Below are positions 51,801-63,638 of a stretch of DNA of 64,000 nucleotides, in pieces. How positions within the stretch are numbered: position 1 is the stretch's first letter; each line of letters opens with the position of its first letter. The notes below the pieces were generated by a model. The model saw only the letters and a list, made by a program, of their open reading frames with translations. It ran no database searches and was not told where the DNA came from. A program made the position numbers and the translations under genes. This DNA comes from Nemertoderma westbladi (Eukaryota > Animalia > Xenacoelomorpha), in contig JAUCBJ010003414.1 of the NCBI GenBank assembly GCA_032718475.1, positions 1,667-65,666 on the forward strand. Direction: 5' to 3'.

Positions 51801-53459
51801 AACGTAGGGATCCGAGAATTTCCCGTAGTGCAGTTGAGAGTCCACGGGTTAAAAGGAAGCTATATAGTGAACGCCCTCCTTGACTCCGGCAGCACAGGAA
51901 CATTCATCGACAAAAAACTAGCCGAAGACATCTTTGTTGGACAACCCAAGTTCCGAACTAAGTTGAACCTTTCAGGTATTATGCAGGTTTGGAAATCTAC
52001 AGTAGCAACAGACTACTATGTAGGCGCGTTGTCCACCCCCCAGGATGAACTAGGAGAACACAGTATAAGGTCAGTAAAAATGGTGGCGATAAAGAACTTC
52101 GCTACCAGCCAATTGGAACCTTATAACTGGGATAAAGACGATTTCACCCAGCAGCATGAGATACCTAGATTCAACTACTACTAGGATCGGCATGCTGCAT
52201 TGCAGCTGCATTTTTAAGAATGCTGTGCCGGCTTGTCAACAAAATTGCACCGCCACAACTCCCTATCACCCATGACATTTGCTAGATCATCCGCATCTTT
52301 AAGGCCAGTGTCCTTTAAGATGCGTCTCAAGAAAGTCATGGGCTGTCCACCATGCTTATTCACTCCATGAGGCTGCCAAAGTACAAGATTATGCACTGGC
52401 TGGTCCTCACGGCGAAAGCAATGTCCTGCAAAGCGGAGGCGATTTTGTTCTAGTGTCAAGCTTGGGGGAACCAATGAGACACCTCCAATGTTATATAGTG
52501 TCTGGTTGGAGATGTGTGCATTGTACTTGACACAATGAACCCGGCGTAGCATTCTTGTGAATGTGCCATCCAGAGATTTGGTGTCCTCAGCAGTTAGAGC
52601 CCAGCATGGACTCCCGTAGAGGAGTACTGGAACTACTGCTGCTCTAAATAATCGGACCTTAAGTTTCCGATTAATTCTAGGTGACTTCCAAATCCTGGAA
52701 AGCCTATTCAAGGCTGCCCATGCCTTTCCCTTACGTATTCGAAGGTCCTCACCTGACTTCCGGATCCATGATCCCAGGTAACAGAAGTCGTCCACATGCT
52801 CAAGCATACCATCCTATGAGCTTATGCTCATCCGATCAGAGACTTGCTGAGGACTTTCAAAGTTAACTGTCAGAATTTTGGTCTTTCTGGAGTTAATAAA
52901 AAGACCAACACTAGAAGCAGCATGTTCTAATGAGCTGAGGAGCCATTGGGCTCCCTCTAATGATTCTGAGAGTACTCCTAAGTCATCAGCAAAGTCTAGA
53001 TCAGTTAGGTACTTGGCAGGATTTCCTCGACTTCTGGAGCCAGTAGGTGGAGTTATCATCACCCCATCATCATTATGATGATCTAAGGACATGCGTAGAA
53101 CATAGTCAACTACAATAATGAACAAGAATGGTGCAAGTGTGTCTCCTTGTCTCCTTAGATTCAACACCGACTACCCAGGGGTACAGATACTCATCGGCCA
53201 AAATGCGCATGAGGCGCTTGAGACATTAGAGAAACGGCCTGCTCGACCGCAACCATTGCAAACCTATGCGGGAAGAACAAGAGTAGGTTGGTACCTCACT
53301 GGACCTTCCCGTGGGACACTCATGGAAAGGTTACCCAAAGATCGGGTCCATCAAGAGAGTGAATGGGAAGAAGACATCAGTGAGGGAGAGATGACCACAA
53401 CTGAGGGAACACCATACTCCTCAGATAATGACGATTTTAACTCCAATGTAGATCAATAA
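48886..53459 (+). pseudogene. B gag-protease (frameshift near 50100; split by an RTE LINE)
   Basis: KFNGDEMKW..EKLIFL capsid-like region; CVLC, CYNCLRRGHQRRNC, CAKCGAKHHILLH; ALLDSGSTGTFI; frame resumes after the LINE (EIPRFN-TDYPGVQILIG..RTRVGW). Confidence 0.93.
52176..53155 (-). mobile_element. 5'-truncated RTE LINE, same family as 18516-19210
   Basis: QGDTLAPFLF and DLDFADD motifs; (TAG)n tail; 10-bp TSD TAGATTCAAC (52166-52175/53156-53165). Confidence 0.95.
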
Positions 53460-53514
53460 AACAGCTAATATCACCTAAGTTTTTTATATTTTATTTTTTT
53501 TTTAATTTTTCTAG

Positions 53515-54143
53515 GGAGACATTGCCCCGAGACGATTAATCTAGCCGACATCGCTTCCAGAGGAGCAACTCCTCAAGAACTGACAGATACTCCAGACTGG
53601 TTAGGTGGACCCGACTTCCTAAGTAAAGAAGATGAATGGCCTCCCCATCTTACCACGGCTGAGATTAGACAAGCCAAGGGAGCGGAGAAAGTCAAACCTA
53701 AAACCCGGACGAGTAAATCAAGGTTATTTAAACCCGTGATAGATCTGTCTGTACTACACATTGCCAGGGACGACGCTGTGGATCTAAACTCCCCCACCGC
53801 GAACCGATCTGTTGTGGAGATCAGAGAGAGAGACTGGAGATCTGGAACACCAGACGTCTCGCCGGGACTCTCACCTCTCCTGCCGGGAGCGATGGACCAC
53901 TATAGATCCTGGAATCGGCTTTGTAAGGCCGTCGTGTATTTGAAGCGATGTTTTTATCGTCACTATTCCAGGACGAAGAGGAAACCTGGAATTGTATTCG
54001 AAACACAACATCTCAATCGCCCAGTTGGTCGTTTATGTTTACTGGAAAGAGACCGAGAACTGTCCGGAAACTATGGAAGGCAAGATACTCTTCCCACGAC
54101 CACCTCCCTAATCCAACAAACATCTAGGGACTCCACAACGTAA
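53515..54143 (+). pseudogene. B pol remnants: RNase H-integrase linker fused to the integrase terminal motif
   Basis: RHCPETINLADIASRG...WLGGPDFL..EDEWP, then RPVGRLCLLE. Confidence 0.85.
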
Positions 54144-55837
54144 CAGCGTCTGGAGTGGGTGTGTGACTATATTATTTTATATTTGTTTTTATTATTTTAT
54201 ATTTATGTATGTATTATTATGTAATATTATTATAATCGTTTACTTTAATTTTTTTAGTAGAATGTTATTTTAGCAATTATTCAGTAGATTAGTGCAATAT
54301 ATATTCGCGTTTATTACTTAATTACTTATATATTATATATTTAGTGCGACGGCGAGAAATAATTATTTTTCTCTTTCCTTACTGTCCGTATCATATTATA
54401 AATACGTGACTACAGTAAGATGAAATGTCCGTACTTATTAAAGTACAATAAAGCTCCTACTATATTCAAGTATTATTGGTAAGTATTAGGAATGCAAAAT
54501 TCAGATCCTCGTGTCTTGGCTAAACCAAGCTCTGGGTAGACCTTGGAAATGACTTGCCTCTTCTCACTGACATTGCTTCTTGCGATATTGTTCTCATACC
54601 GTATATTAAATAATACATATAGTAGCGTGATGTCCCTTTAACAGTAGCGTACAACGCAAAATAAATCTGTTAAACCCTTTGACCATCTGTAATTCTAGTC
54701 GATTAAGATATCGCGGCACCCACCGATATACTTGAAAGACAAAATTCTAGAATCAGTGGTTAATGTCCCCAGACAAGTTCTGGAATAAACCGGTGCCCAT
54801 CTTAAATATTAACTATTAATATTTGTAAAATCTGTCAAATAAATACAGTAGAGTAACTACTTACAAGTTAACTCTAGAAAATCTATAAATTAAAATCTGT
54901 AGAATTTTAGATCCTTTAAAATTCTAGTCTATTAAGATATCGTAGCACTTACCGATACTCTTAAAAGGACAAATTTCCTAGAATTCAGGATCCTAGTCCC
55001 CAGACATGTTCTGGAATAAAATTTCTATTTAACATTAAATAATAAAATTTACGGGAATAAATTATAATTCATCTCTTTTAATGAATTTGATAAATTGTCA
55101 TTTTATACAATTTATAACATTCCCAAAATTCCATTAATTAATAGATCATGGGAGCGGAGATTCACCCTATTAAGTGTATTAGTGTGCGAGAATCTCCAAT
55201 ATATAGTCAATAGCCGATAAAATTCATAAAATCATGTATAAAGAAGAATATTGACAATTAAATAATTACTATTAAACAGCATCCCAGATCTGTATGCATG
55301 AGAATTACCCTAACTCTACCGCTAGCTTTCCATAATGTCACCATGGCAACAACCACGCTAGAATTAGAAGTGAGTTAAAAGAACAATAAAGGCTTGTCCC
55401 ATTGAATAGCATAAGGAATAAATAGCACACTGCTAGTATCCAAGGATACCTAATAATAACGTGGCATTCTGGAAGGCACTTGACTAACGGACAAATGGCC
55501 CGAATGTGTGCTGTTTGTGACAGTTGTGTGGAATTTGTGCGTTTATAGGTGAATGTTAATACTAAAGTGTGTTTACAGTAGCGAGTCGCAATTGTGAAAG
55601 TAGCCCTAACTCTGCAGTAAGAACCTGAAGTAAATCTAAGCCTTTGGGACGGACGGTGGAGTGACTCGCGCTGGTTGTTGTGGTCGTTGTGCAGCTACTA
55701 TGTTGGCGATCGGCACATCGGCGAAAGTACACCGGCGCTGAGGATCTTGCGCTGTCCGGGGGCCGAGAGGGGTAGGCAGCGACGCCCGCTAGCCTAATTA
55801 TAACTAATTATAATATTGATAAACTCATATAGCAGCT

Positions 55838-57388
55838 ATGACTGAGTTGATAGAAGATGATCTTGGTATCAGGGAGAAATATACTCTACCGTTGCAAGCG
55901 TTTGTTGATAGCTTGATACGCAGCGACGCTAGTCCAACTACTACGGAGGACGATGGTCGTTATATCGATGCGCCGATGTCCCAGGAACAACTTACGCGTG
56001 AACTGGACTATCGAAAATTCACTGCTCGCTATACGCATCGTAATGGTACGCATATGGACTTCTTAACCACTGGTCATCCTATCGATTTACACGATACGGA
56101 CGATGTCGACACCGAAAGGGAAATGGTCCTATTTAAATATCATACCCAGCGGAGTCGGAACGATAAATTGAGAATCGAATGCGAAAATTCTATTCGAAAT
56201 CGACTCGAAAGAGAAGACGTTAAAGAACCGGATAAACGCGGTAACTCCAACGTATATTTGGAATTCTTGAGAGAAACATTGTAATACCGAATAAATATCA
56301 CCCGCGTTTCCCCTACAAGACGTGCGTCTTTGGTATTATTGCGATGAATGCCCAAGACCCAACCAACAAACGGAAAGACATAAACATCCACGGAGACGTG
56401 GCTTTAAACACGGTTTTACTCGCTATATTTACGGGAGTTTCGAGCGAAACTTGTTCGATGTATCACCTACGCTCGTTCGATTCAAACGATCCTTAAATAA
56501 ACCTATGATCAGAGTTCCGGAATACTCGGTCAGACCTCCTCATTCCCTAGTTAGACCTCAGACTCTTGATCCTAATAGTATCACGGATCCTCCCAAACTG
56601 TACTCACTGTTCAAAGATCTAGTGTTACCCGAACAGTTAGTCGGTGGCACTCCGGTTGTGGGCTCCCTAAATATTCGCCCATCTTACCTAGCCAGATTGG
56701 GACGCGGACATCTAATATCGCCATTCAACCGTATCATCGTCCCGGTTTAACCCGATACAACCTGTCACCGAGGCGGAGGAGAGAGTTGTACGAAACGCGT
56801 TGGACACTATTCTTCAAAAGATCGGAAAATGAACCTACAATTGTTTAGAGAAACGTAAATTGCAGCAACAAGTCCAAGCGGTAAACGAATTAGCTTTATC
56901 TCAGTTCGATCAGGAAATCCAGAATCTCTAAGAAGATATCGAACTTGGACGGCTCTACTTTCTGCAAGAGTTTGGACAAATGTTTTCAACGACAAGCAGA
57001 GGAAAATCAGCTCGAGGAGAAGCATATCGATTCCGATAGAGCCCGAGAACGCGAGTTGGAAAGAATCATCAAACCGAGGAAATTTCTCACTATACACGGT
57101 CCACCTACCGCTATCGTTCAGACGACCCGTCAGGGACCAGTAAGAGCTGCTGTCTCAAAACGCGCTCTCAAGGTTGTTCGACCTCGTTCCACTGAGGTTG
57201 ATACCGATCAACCGGGTACCTCGACCGGCGGATACACCGACCGTAACCCTAAACCTTCTGATGCAATTGTATTGCACCCTTCACCCAAGGGTTATAGCCC
57301 TCCTGGTAAAGTGGCTCGCCCCAAAGAGAAAAGGACTCTTGCTAGCCTCAAAAAACTGCGTAAACGCCGTCCGCGCAAGAAAAACTAA
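55838..57388 (+). CDS. Family B accessory region (148-, 142- and 147-aa pieces, probably one disrupted ORF), CxxC motif and basic C-terminus
   Basis: Sense-strand ORFs between pol and the PPT; LWYYCDEC; ends KKLRKRRPRKKN. Confidence 0.65.
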
Positions 57389-57466
57389 CTGTTTAGATTA
57401 TTTTTATATTTTAGAAACTGTGATTTTTTATATTTTATAGAATTAAATCCCATTTTCTGGGAGCGG

Positions 57467-58666
57467 TGTAAAGGCTTTTGCGGATCTAGCTAGTTATTTT
57501 CCCCGCAAAGTACTCTGTAGGTGTTTTAGCGGATATAAAAAGCCGTTTCCTTACTTTACAGGTGTTTTAGTGGACATAAAAAGCCATTTCTTCTGTATGT
57601 GTACTTTAGCGGACATAACTAGCGATTTTATGTCGCAATACGCCAAAATACTCTTGATACAGTATAGTTCCGATGACGACATCTATCAGCTGATATGTCC
57701 ACGTGTAACTTTTTCTTTGTTTTTTGTTCGGCTCACTCGACCAATCAGAGCGATTTTCTTTGTGTTGGACAGTGCATATAGAAACTCACGCAATTCAGTC
57801 AGTGTGTATTTTCCTAAGCCTAGAACACCGGCTGTGGAATTATTCTGTGTTTCAGACTTTAGCCAAACATTAGAACGGCTTTGATCATAGAAACGTTTAA
57901 CTGTTATCAACCAAATCGCACCTCATATCACAAACCGAACTGGTCATCTCAAATGCTATACATACCTTTCACCGCATTGTTTTACTGCTATTTACTGTCG
58001 GTTATTAACTGTATCAGTTGATGGAATATTGTTATATTTGGAGAATATCGATAAATAACCATAAAACCCCAATCTTCTTGATATACTGAAGGTTAGAGAG
58101 ACCGGTTACATATAGCAATTGCGACTTACATTATAGTGGTTTTGGAGTGAATTTAATGCTATTTCATAGGCCCTACATGTGTCGGTTGCTGTTCTCCTTA
58201 TATTGATTAAAATTATTGAAGGTCGGCAGATCAGTGTGCAGCATTGTGCGGTAGTGTGCATGAGTGTGATAGATAACAAAGCATCTCCTAAAGAATGCGC
58301 TTTATACGTGAATCATTAGCCATCCTGTTGTGTTTAGTGTAAGTCATAACTCTGTTTACATACTTAGAGCGCCACGTCCTAAAGGAACTGTTGATATTTC
58401 CCGAAAGTGAATAATATTTGTCAGAGATTATATATTAACGATCAATCGAATAGTACAGTAGGCCTACACCGCAATAAGGTCAGAGCTTCCGAATCCAGTC
58501 TCCCGGGTAAATCCAGTGGGTGAATGGTCGCGCATAGGCTGGCTTCGGGTAATGTAGTTTTATGTGTATCAAATACTTGTCATAGGCTAAAGTCGATTTA
58601 TAACCTAGAAGACACCTAAATTTGGCAGGTTAAACTGCTAAAGGTCTACTGCTAAAAGCGCGAACA
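57467..58666 (+). repeat. 3' LTR of B
   Basis: TGTAAAGG...GCGAACA followed by the TSD. Confidence 0.95.
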
Positions 58667-58676
58667 AGGATCTCAA

Positions 58677-59991
58677 ATAATCATCATCGCGAGTGCGATG
58701 TATTATGTATCCCAGATATTCAAACATATCAGATTCAATTATACATTTACCATTTATAAAGACTGGAGCCATACCAACAATTCCATTTTTAGAAGCAAAA
58801 TACATAACTTTTGTCTTTTTTAGATTGGAGATGATGCCATGTTTCGAGGCAAAGTCTTCGCAGATATATCAAGCAAGCTTTGCAAACCAATAACGGAATT
58901 AGAAAGCAGATTTAGGTCATCAGCATACATCAAATGATTGACCCTCTTGCCATCCAATGCACAACCGAAACTGGCCTTGGATAGCAAGACGGACAAATCA
59001 TCCATAAAAACATTGAATAAATATGCAGAGAGCACCCCGCCCTGTTTTACACCGTTAGACACTGTAAAAGGAGTAGAAAATGATGACCCCCATTTAACAC
59101 GTAACGATTGACTAGAGTACCAATATGTTATCATACGCACAATGTATAGTGGCACATTACGCTTTATCAGCTTCTGGTACAATGTACTGTGCACAATTCG
59201 ATCAAAAGCCTTAGAGGCATCCATAAAGCAAACATAAACTGATGAATCGTTGTACAAATAGTAGTCTATTATATCTAATAGAGTGTACGTACGTACACAA
59301 TTCAGTTCCACTACAACGTTTGTACGCGAATTGATTGTCGGTCCTTATCAAATATGATTCTATTCTAGAAAGAACTACATATTCAAACACTTTACTAATC
59401 ATTGTCGCTATAGCAATACCCCTATAATTTGACTTGTCGTCAATGGGACCATTCTTATCCTTAATGATTGGAATAATAAAACAGTCAAGGATGGCATTGG
59501 GCATGTAACCGTGAGTAAGCATAGACGTGAATAATGACGCCAATAGATTATTCAGGTTGTCACTTTTACTGTGAAATAAGTGTTCTGGGGCAATTTCATC
59601 TGGCCCCATTGACTTACCACATTTCAAGTTTGAAATTGCACAAGATATTTCACACCTGCACTAACGTTAATGTCGGCCCTATACCGTATCCCCGAAAATA
59701 AGTTATTCAGGTCTGAGGTTGCCTCGTCATTGGACTCATTGCTATTAGACTTATGACAATTGAACAGCGATTGATAATCATTCGCAAACATTTCACATAT
59801 TTCAGGTTCACCGTTTGTGCCGTCAATAACGTTAGGTAAAGGTACTGAAACTTTAGATTGTTTATTTACGGAATCCCAAAACGACTTACTATCGTTATTC
59901 AAGTTAGCAGTCGCTAACTTATCAGCCCTATTACGAGCATCATTATGTTTACATTGTCTAAACACGCGTTTGAAATGTGCCCTAGCAGTTA
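58677..59991 (-). mobile_element. CR1/L2-group LINE, RT part (5'-truncated, frameshifted)
   Basis: NYRGIA, DASKAFD, GVKQGGVLS, YADD and EYLG motifs; whole LINE bounded by 10-bp TSD GGTAATAATA (23334-23343/59992-60001). Confidence 0.92.
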
Positions 59992-60850
59992 GGTAATAAT
60001 AATACGTTTGATGAAGTTAATATTAATAGTACCGTAATAGATAACCCTATTACTAATGAAACTTTTCATGCAGGAAATAATATTTTACACGGTAATAATC
60101 TTAATATTGGTGCACAAAATAATTTATAATAATATAAATAATGTAGAGCAAAATAATTCAAATAATTTAAATAATAATAATCCAAGTAATAATATAATAA
60201 ATAACGGTGAACAAAATAATCAAAATAATATAATTAACGACGTAGCAAACCAGCAGTGCGAGACTATTAACGGTGCAATTAATACAAACGTAGGGGGAAC
60301 AAGTGACCTGCCCAATGAGAGCCTACAAGGCCACGCAGTTGCGCAGGAAGAAGCGGGAGTGAATGAACCCAGAGAGGGTAGAACTAACGCGTTGACTAGA
60401 AGGGAGCGTGGGGGCGAAGTAAGAGGTAACGGATGGGGGGGGGGGGGGGGGGTGGCTATGGGCACCCCACCACAAGCGATTAACGGCGAGGGGGGGGTGG
60501 GGGGCAGATAATGTCCCACGAGCGTCGGCGGATAATGCGCGCAGTGAGTTAAGTGAACCGTGGCACGTGGCAACCAGAGGGGAAGGACGGACAGTGAACC
60601 GTCGGTAGTCGAGACGAAGACAGAGAGCCGGTGGGGTCATTCTCCGGGAGAATGCCATCGCCCCGGAGAAACACAACCTGGTGAAATATACCACATACCG
60701 GGAGAGGGGTACAGAGTGTACCGGTACGAGGATGAAGACAGGAGAGGGGATCAGAGAGAAACTTCTAGTCGGAATGTAGCTGCCGATCGAGAATATGGTA
60801 GTCGCGGGGAGGACTTCTCGCTATTAAAGGGAAAATTATCGCAACCATTA
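59992..60850 (+). pseudogene. Continuation of family C gag (Asn-rich then Gly/Arg-rich low complexity)
   Basis: Linked to 23343 by the LINE TSD; frame continues G-NNNTFDEVNIN; right boundary uncertain. Confidence 0.55.
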
Positions 60851-61300
60851 ATAGTATCGGACCCTAAATGGGTTAAACCTAACATTATTCTTGGAGGTCC
60901 AGTAGTCCAAGGACAAAATATACACTTTTTTGATATTCTAAAAACTGATAGTGTGGCATTGTTGGCTAGCATTAGTAGGTATTTCACTATGCTGAATCGA
61001 ATGTAATTATATTCCATTTCCTAAAATTGAACTGGATGCTATTTTTTGTGCAACTAAGAAGTGGGCGTGGCACTTCAAATTTTGAAAAATACCCCCATCT
61101 TTTGATTTCAACGCGTTTTTATAGGTTTTCTGGACCGCTGAATCGATTGAAAATATTATCGAAGCCTGGCGCCACCGAGCGAGGTATGGCAATACTGCTT
61201 TTTACCGAATGTATATATAGTGCAATTTAAATCATAATTATCAGACTCGGTATTATTTTACATACCCCATGTTGGGTAGCTAATACGCCATACTTTTCAG

Positions 61301-61908
61301 CACTACACTACACTACACTACACTACACTACACTACACTACACTACACTACACTACACGACACTACACTACACTACACTACACTACACTACACTACACTA
61401 CACTACACTACACTACACTACACTACACTACACTACACTACACTACACTACACTACACTACACTACACTACACTACACTACACTACACTACACTACACTA
61501 CACTACACTACACTACACTACACTACACTACACTACACTACACTACACTACACTACACTACACTACACTACACTACACTACACTACACTACACTACACTA
61601 CACTACACTACACTACACTACACTACACTACACTACACTACACTACACTACACTACACTACACTACACTACACTACACTACACTACACTACACTACACTA
61701 CACTACACTACACTACACTACACTACACTACACTACACTACACTACACTACACTACACTACACTACACTACACTACACTACACTACACTACACTACACTA
61801 CACTACACTACACTACACTACACTACACTACACTACACTACACTACACTACACTACACTACACTACACTACACTACACTACACTACACTACACTACACTA
61901 CACTACAC
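61301..61908. repeat. (CACTA)n pentanucleotide microsatellite, about 120 units
   Basis: Nearly perfect array with one CACGA variant. Confidence 0.98.
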
Positions 61909-62618
61909 CAGCTGGTTACTGCCATTGACTGGCCCGAACTCCGGCATTCAACGTATGAGTGTGAGTGTCTTCCCCAAGTAACCTTATTGCAGTTGCGCTG
62001 TCCGTCCGCATTAGGCCTCTATACAGATCAGTTAAGTCTAATCGTCGTCGATGTTAAGACCCTCCAGCCCTTTGCTTTGTGTGAGCGCGTGTCTGTGTGT
62101 AACAGTGTGGTAATGCAGTAATGTGCCTTCGAATCCGCCAAACAACCCAGGGCGCTAGAATCTCTCTAGCACCAACAATTAATGCATTAAATGTATAATT
62201 ACACATTTTGAAATATATATTAATCACGAGTATACTGATACTGACTGACTGAGTCTGTAGTATTATATACTCAGACTCAAAGTCATGCACATTGTGCCAT
62301 CTTCACAGCAAATACAATATTTACCAGTTGTTTCGCTTTAAGTGAATGGGCGTTGTTTGGGCTAGGAGGTTGGGCGTTAAGTTTGGGTTAAGAGCTTGGG
62401 CGTTGTTTTTTACAATGAATATCATTTTAAATGATTAAATATAAATGAATTAAATTGAATTGTTTGGGTTAAGAGGTTGGGCGTTGTTTGGGATAAGATT
62501 GTTTTGGTTAGGAGGTTGGGCGTTTTGGGTTAGTTATTTACAATTATTATTTAACCATCCACCTAATAGTGTCCTTAAACATTCTTCGCCAACTACGTGG
62601 CTCGCCCCACACCTGAAA

Positions 62619-62765
62619 CATTGGAACTAAATTCGCTTCCATTGGAACTAAATTCGCTTGCATTGGAACTAAGTTCGCATCCATTGGAACTAAATTCGCC
62701 AAAATTGGAACTAAATTCGTTTCCATTGGAACTAAATTCGCATGAGGCTTAAATTGGAACTAAGT
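62619..62765. repeat. Minisatellite with ATTGGAACTAAATTCG core, about 21-bp period, 7 units
   Basis: Direct reading of the sequence. Confidence 0.9.
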
Positions 62766-63458
62766 ACGGGGAATCGGCTTCCATTACAAATTTAACATTG
62801 AAAGGCATTAGGCAGGACCAAATACCAGTATTATATACTACTGTATATATAGGCAATCACTTATTTCTAAATCATTTAGCAACACTATTGTGTTTGTTCT
62901 GGGGGGAAGATCCCCCCGGAAAAGGGTTTCTTTGGGGGCCAAATCATAAAAATTGGGGCTTGGAATGTTTTGGGGTTGGAATTTAAAAATCAAAAAGCGC
63001 GGGTAGGCCTATTTAAAAATCTCATAGTGTGGACCAAATACCAGGAGTATGACATACTACTACTGGTATTTGGTCCGCTCCTAAAGGTTTCCATTAAAAA
63101 TTTTACGTTGAAAAGCATTAGGGCGGCCAAATCCAAGAAATTGGGGCTAGGAAAGTTTTGGGGTTGGTATTAAAAAATCCAATCAGCCAATAGCATATTG
63201 ACCAAATATCCGTAGTATATGATAATAATACTATACTATACTAATAATAATATACTACTAGATAATAATACTAATACTAACAACCCACCCAACCACCCCC
63301 CCCCCCCCCCCCCCCACCCCCCAACCCAACATTACAATGTACAGATCAATGCAGCTCAATATTTTAGTAAAAGGTAAAGATGATAGAAAAAAATAATAGA
63401 AAAAATATAAAGTATTGAGGGTCTTTAGCTGGTTATATTATATTAGATAAAGATACAG

Positions 63459-63496
63459 TAGTAAACGTTTTCGACCTACCGGTCTGCATCAGACTA
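63459..63496 (-). ncRNA. Minimal hammerhead-ribozyme-like motif of the Penelope-like element type (one core mismatch)
   Basis: TAGT-CTGATGC-A-GACC-GGTA-GGTC-GAAA-ACGTTT-ACTA: stems I and II plus a palindromic stem III; CUGAUGC instead of CUGAUGA. Confidence 0.6.
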
Positions 63497-63577
63497 TGTA
63501 CATAGTATTATAGATATTATTAGGCAATATTTAGAGGCTTTATAATTAATTTATTTAATAAGGATAATAATTAATAA

Positions 63578-63638
63578 AATAAAATAATACACCTATAACA
63601 TAGGGGATGCCCCTATGTTATAGGTGTATTATTTTATT
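63578..63638. repeat. Perfect 29-bp inverted repeat with a 3-nt loop
   Basis: AATAAAATAATACACCTATAACATAGGGG-atg-CCCCTATGTTATAGGTGTATTATTTTATT. Confidence 0.95.

Larger units (their letters stand above)
45638..58666 (+). mobile_element. BEL/Pao family B element (RT and integrase core deleted; accessory region present)
   Basis: TGT...ACA LTRs, 5-bp TSD AGGAT (45633-45637/58667-58671), PPT GGGAGCGG before 57467. Confidence 0.95.
23929..58676 (+). mobile_element. BEL/Pao family A copy A2, inflated to about 34.7 kb by nested insertions
   Basis: TSD ATAATC at 23923-23928 and 58677-58682; removing the span restores the LINE frame RTRDDDY-VIKKTIRS. Confidence 0.9.

Noticed and set aside
60860-60876. 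GGGTTAA as the right terminus matching the TTAACCC element at 20376
   Set aside because: Only 7 bp match; the adjacent sequence is not an inverted repeat of the left end.
61301-61908. (CACTA)n as a CACTA/EnSpm transposon terminus or telomeric repeat
   Set aside because: It is a plain pentanucleotide array; no inverted TAGTG end, subterminal repeats or transposase are seen.
62619-62765. CRISPR-like repeat
   Set aside because: The period is about 21 bp with only a few variable bases between cores; it is a minisatellite.
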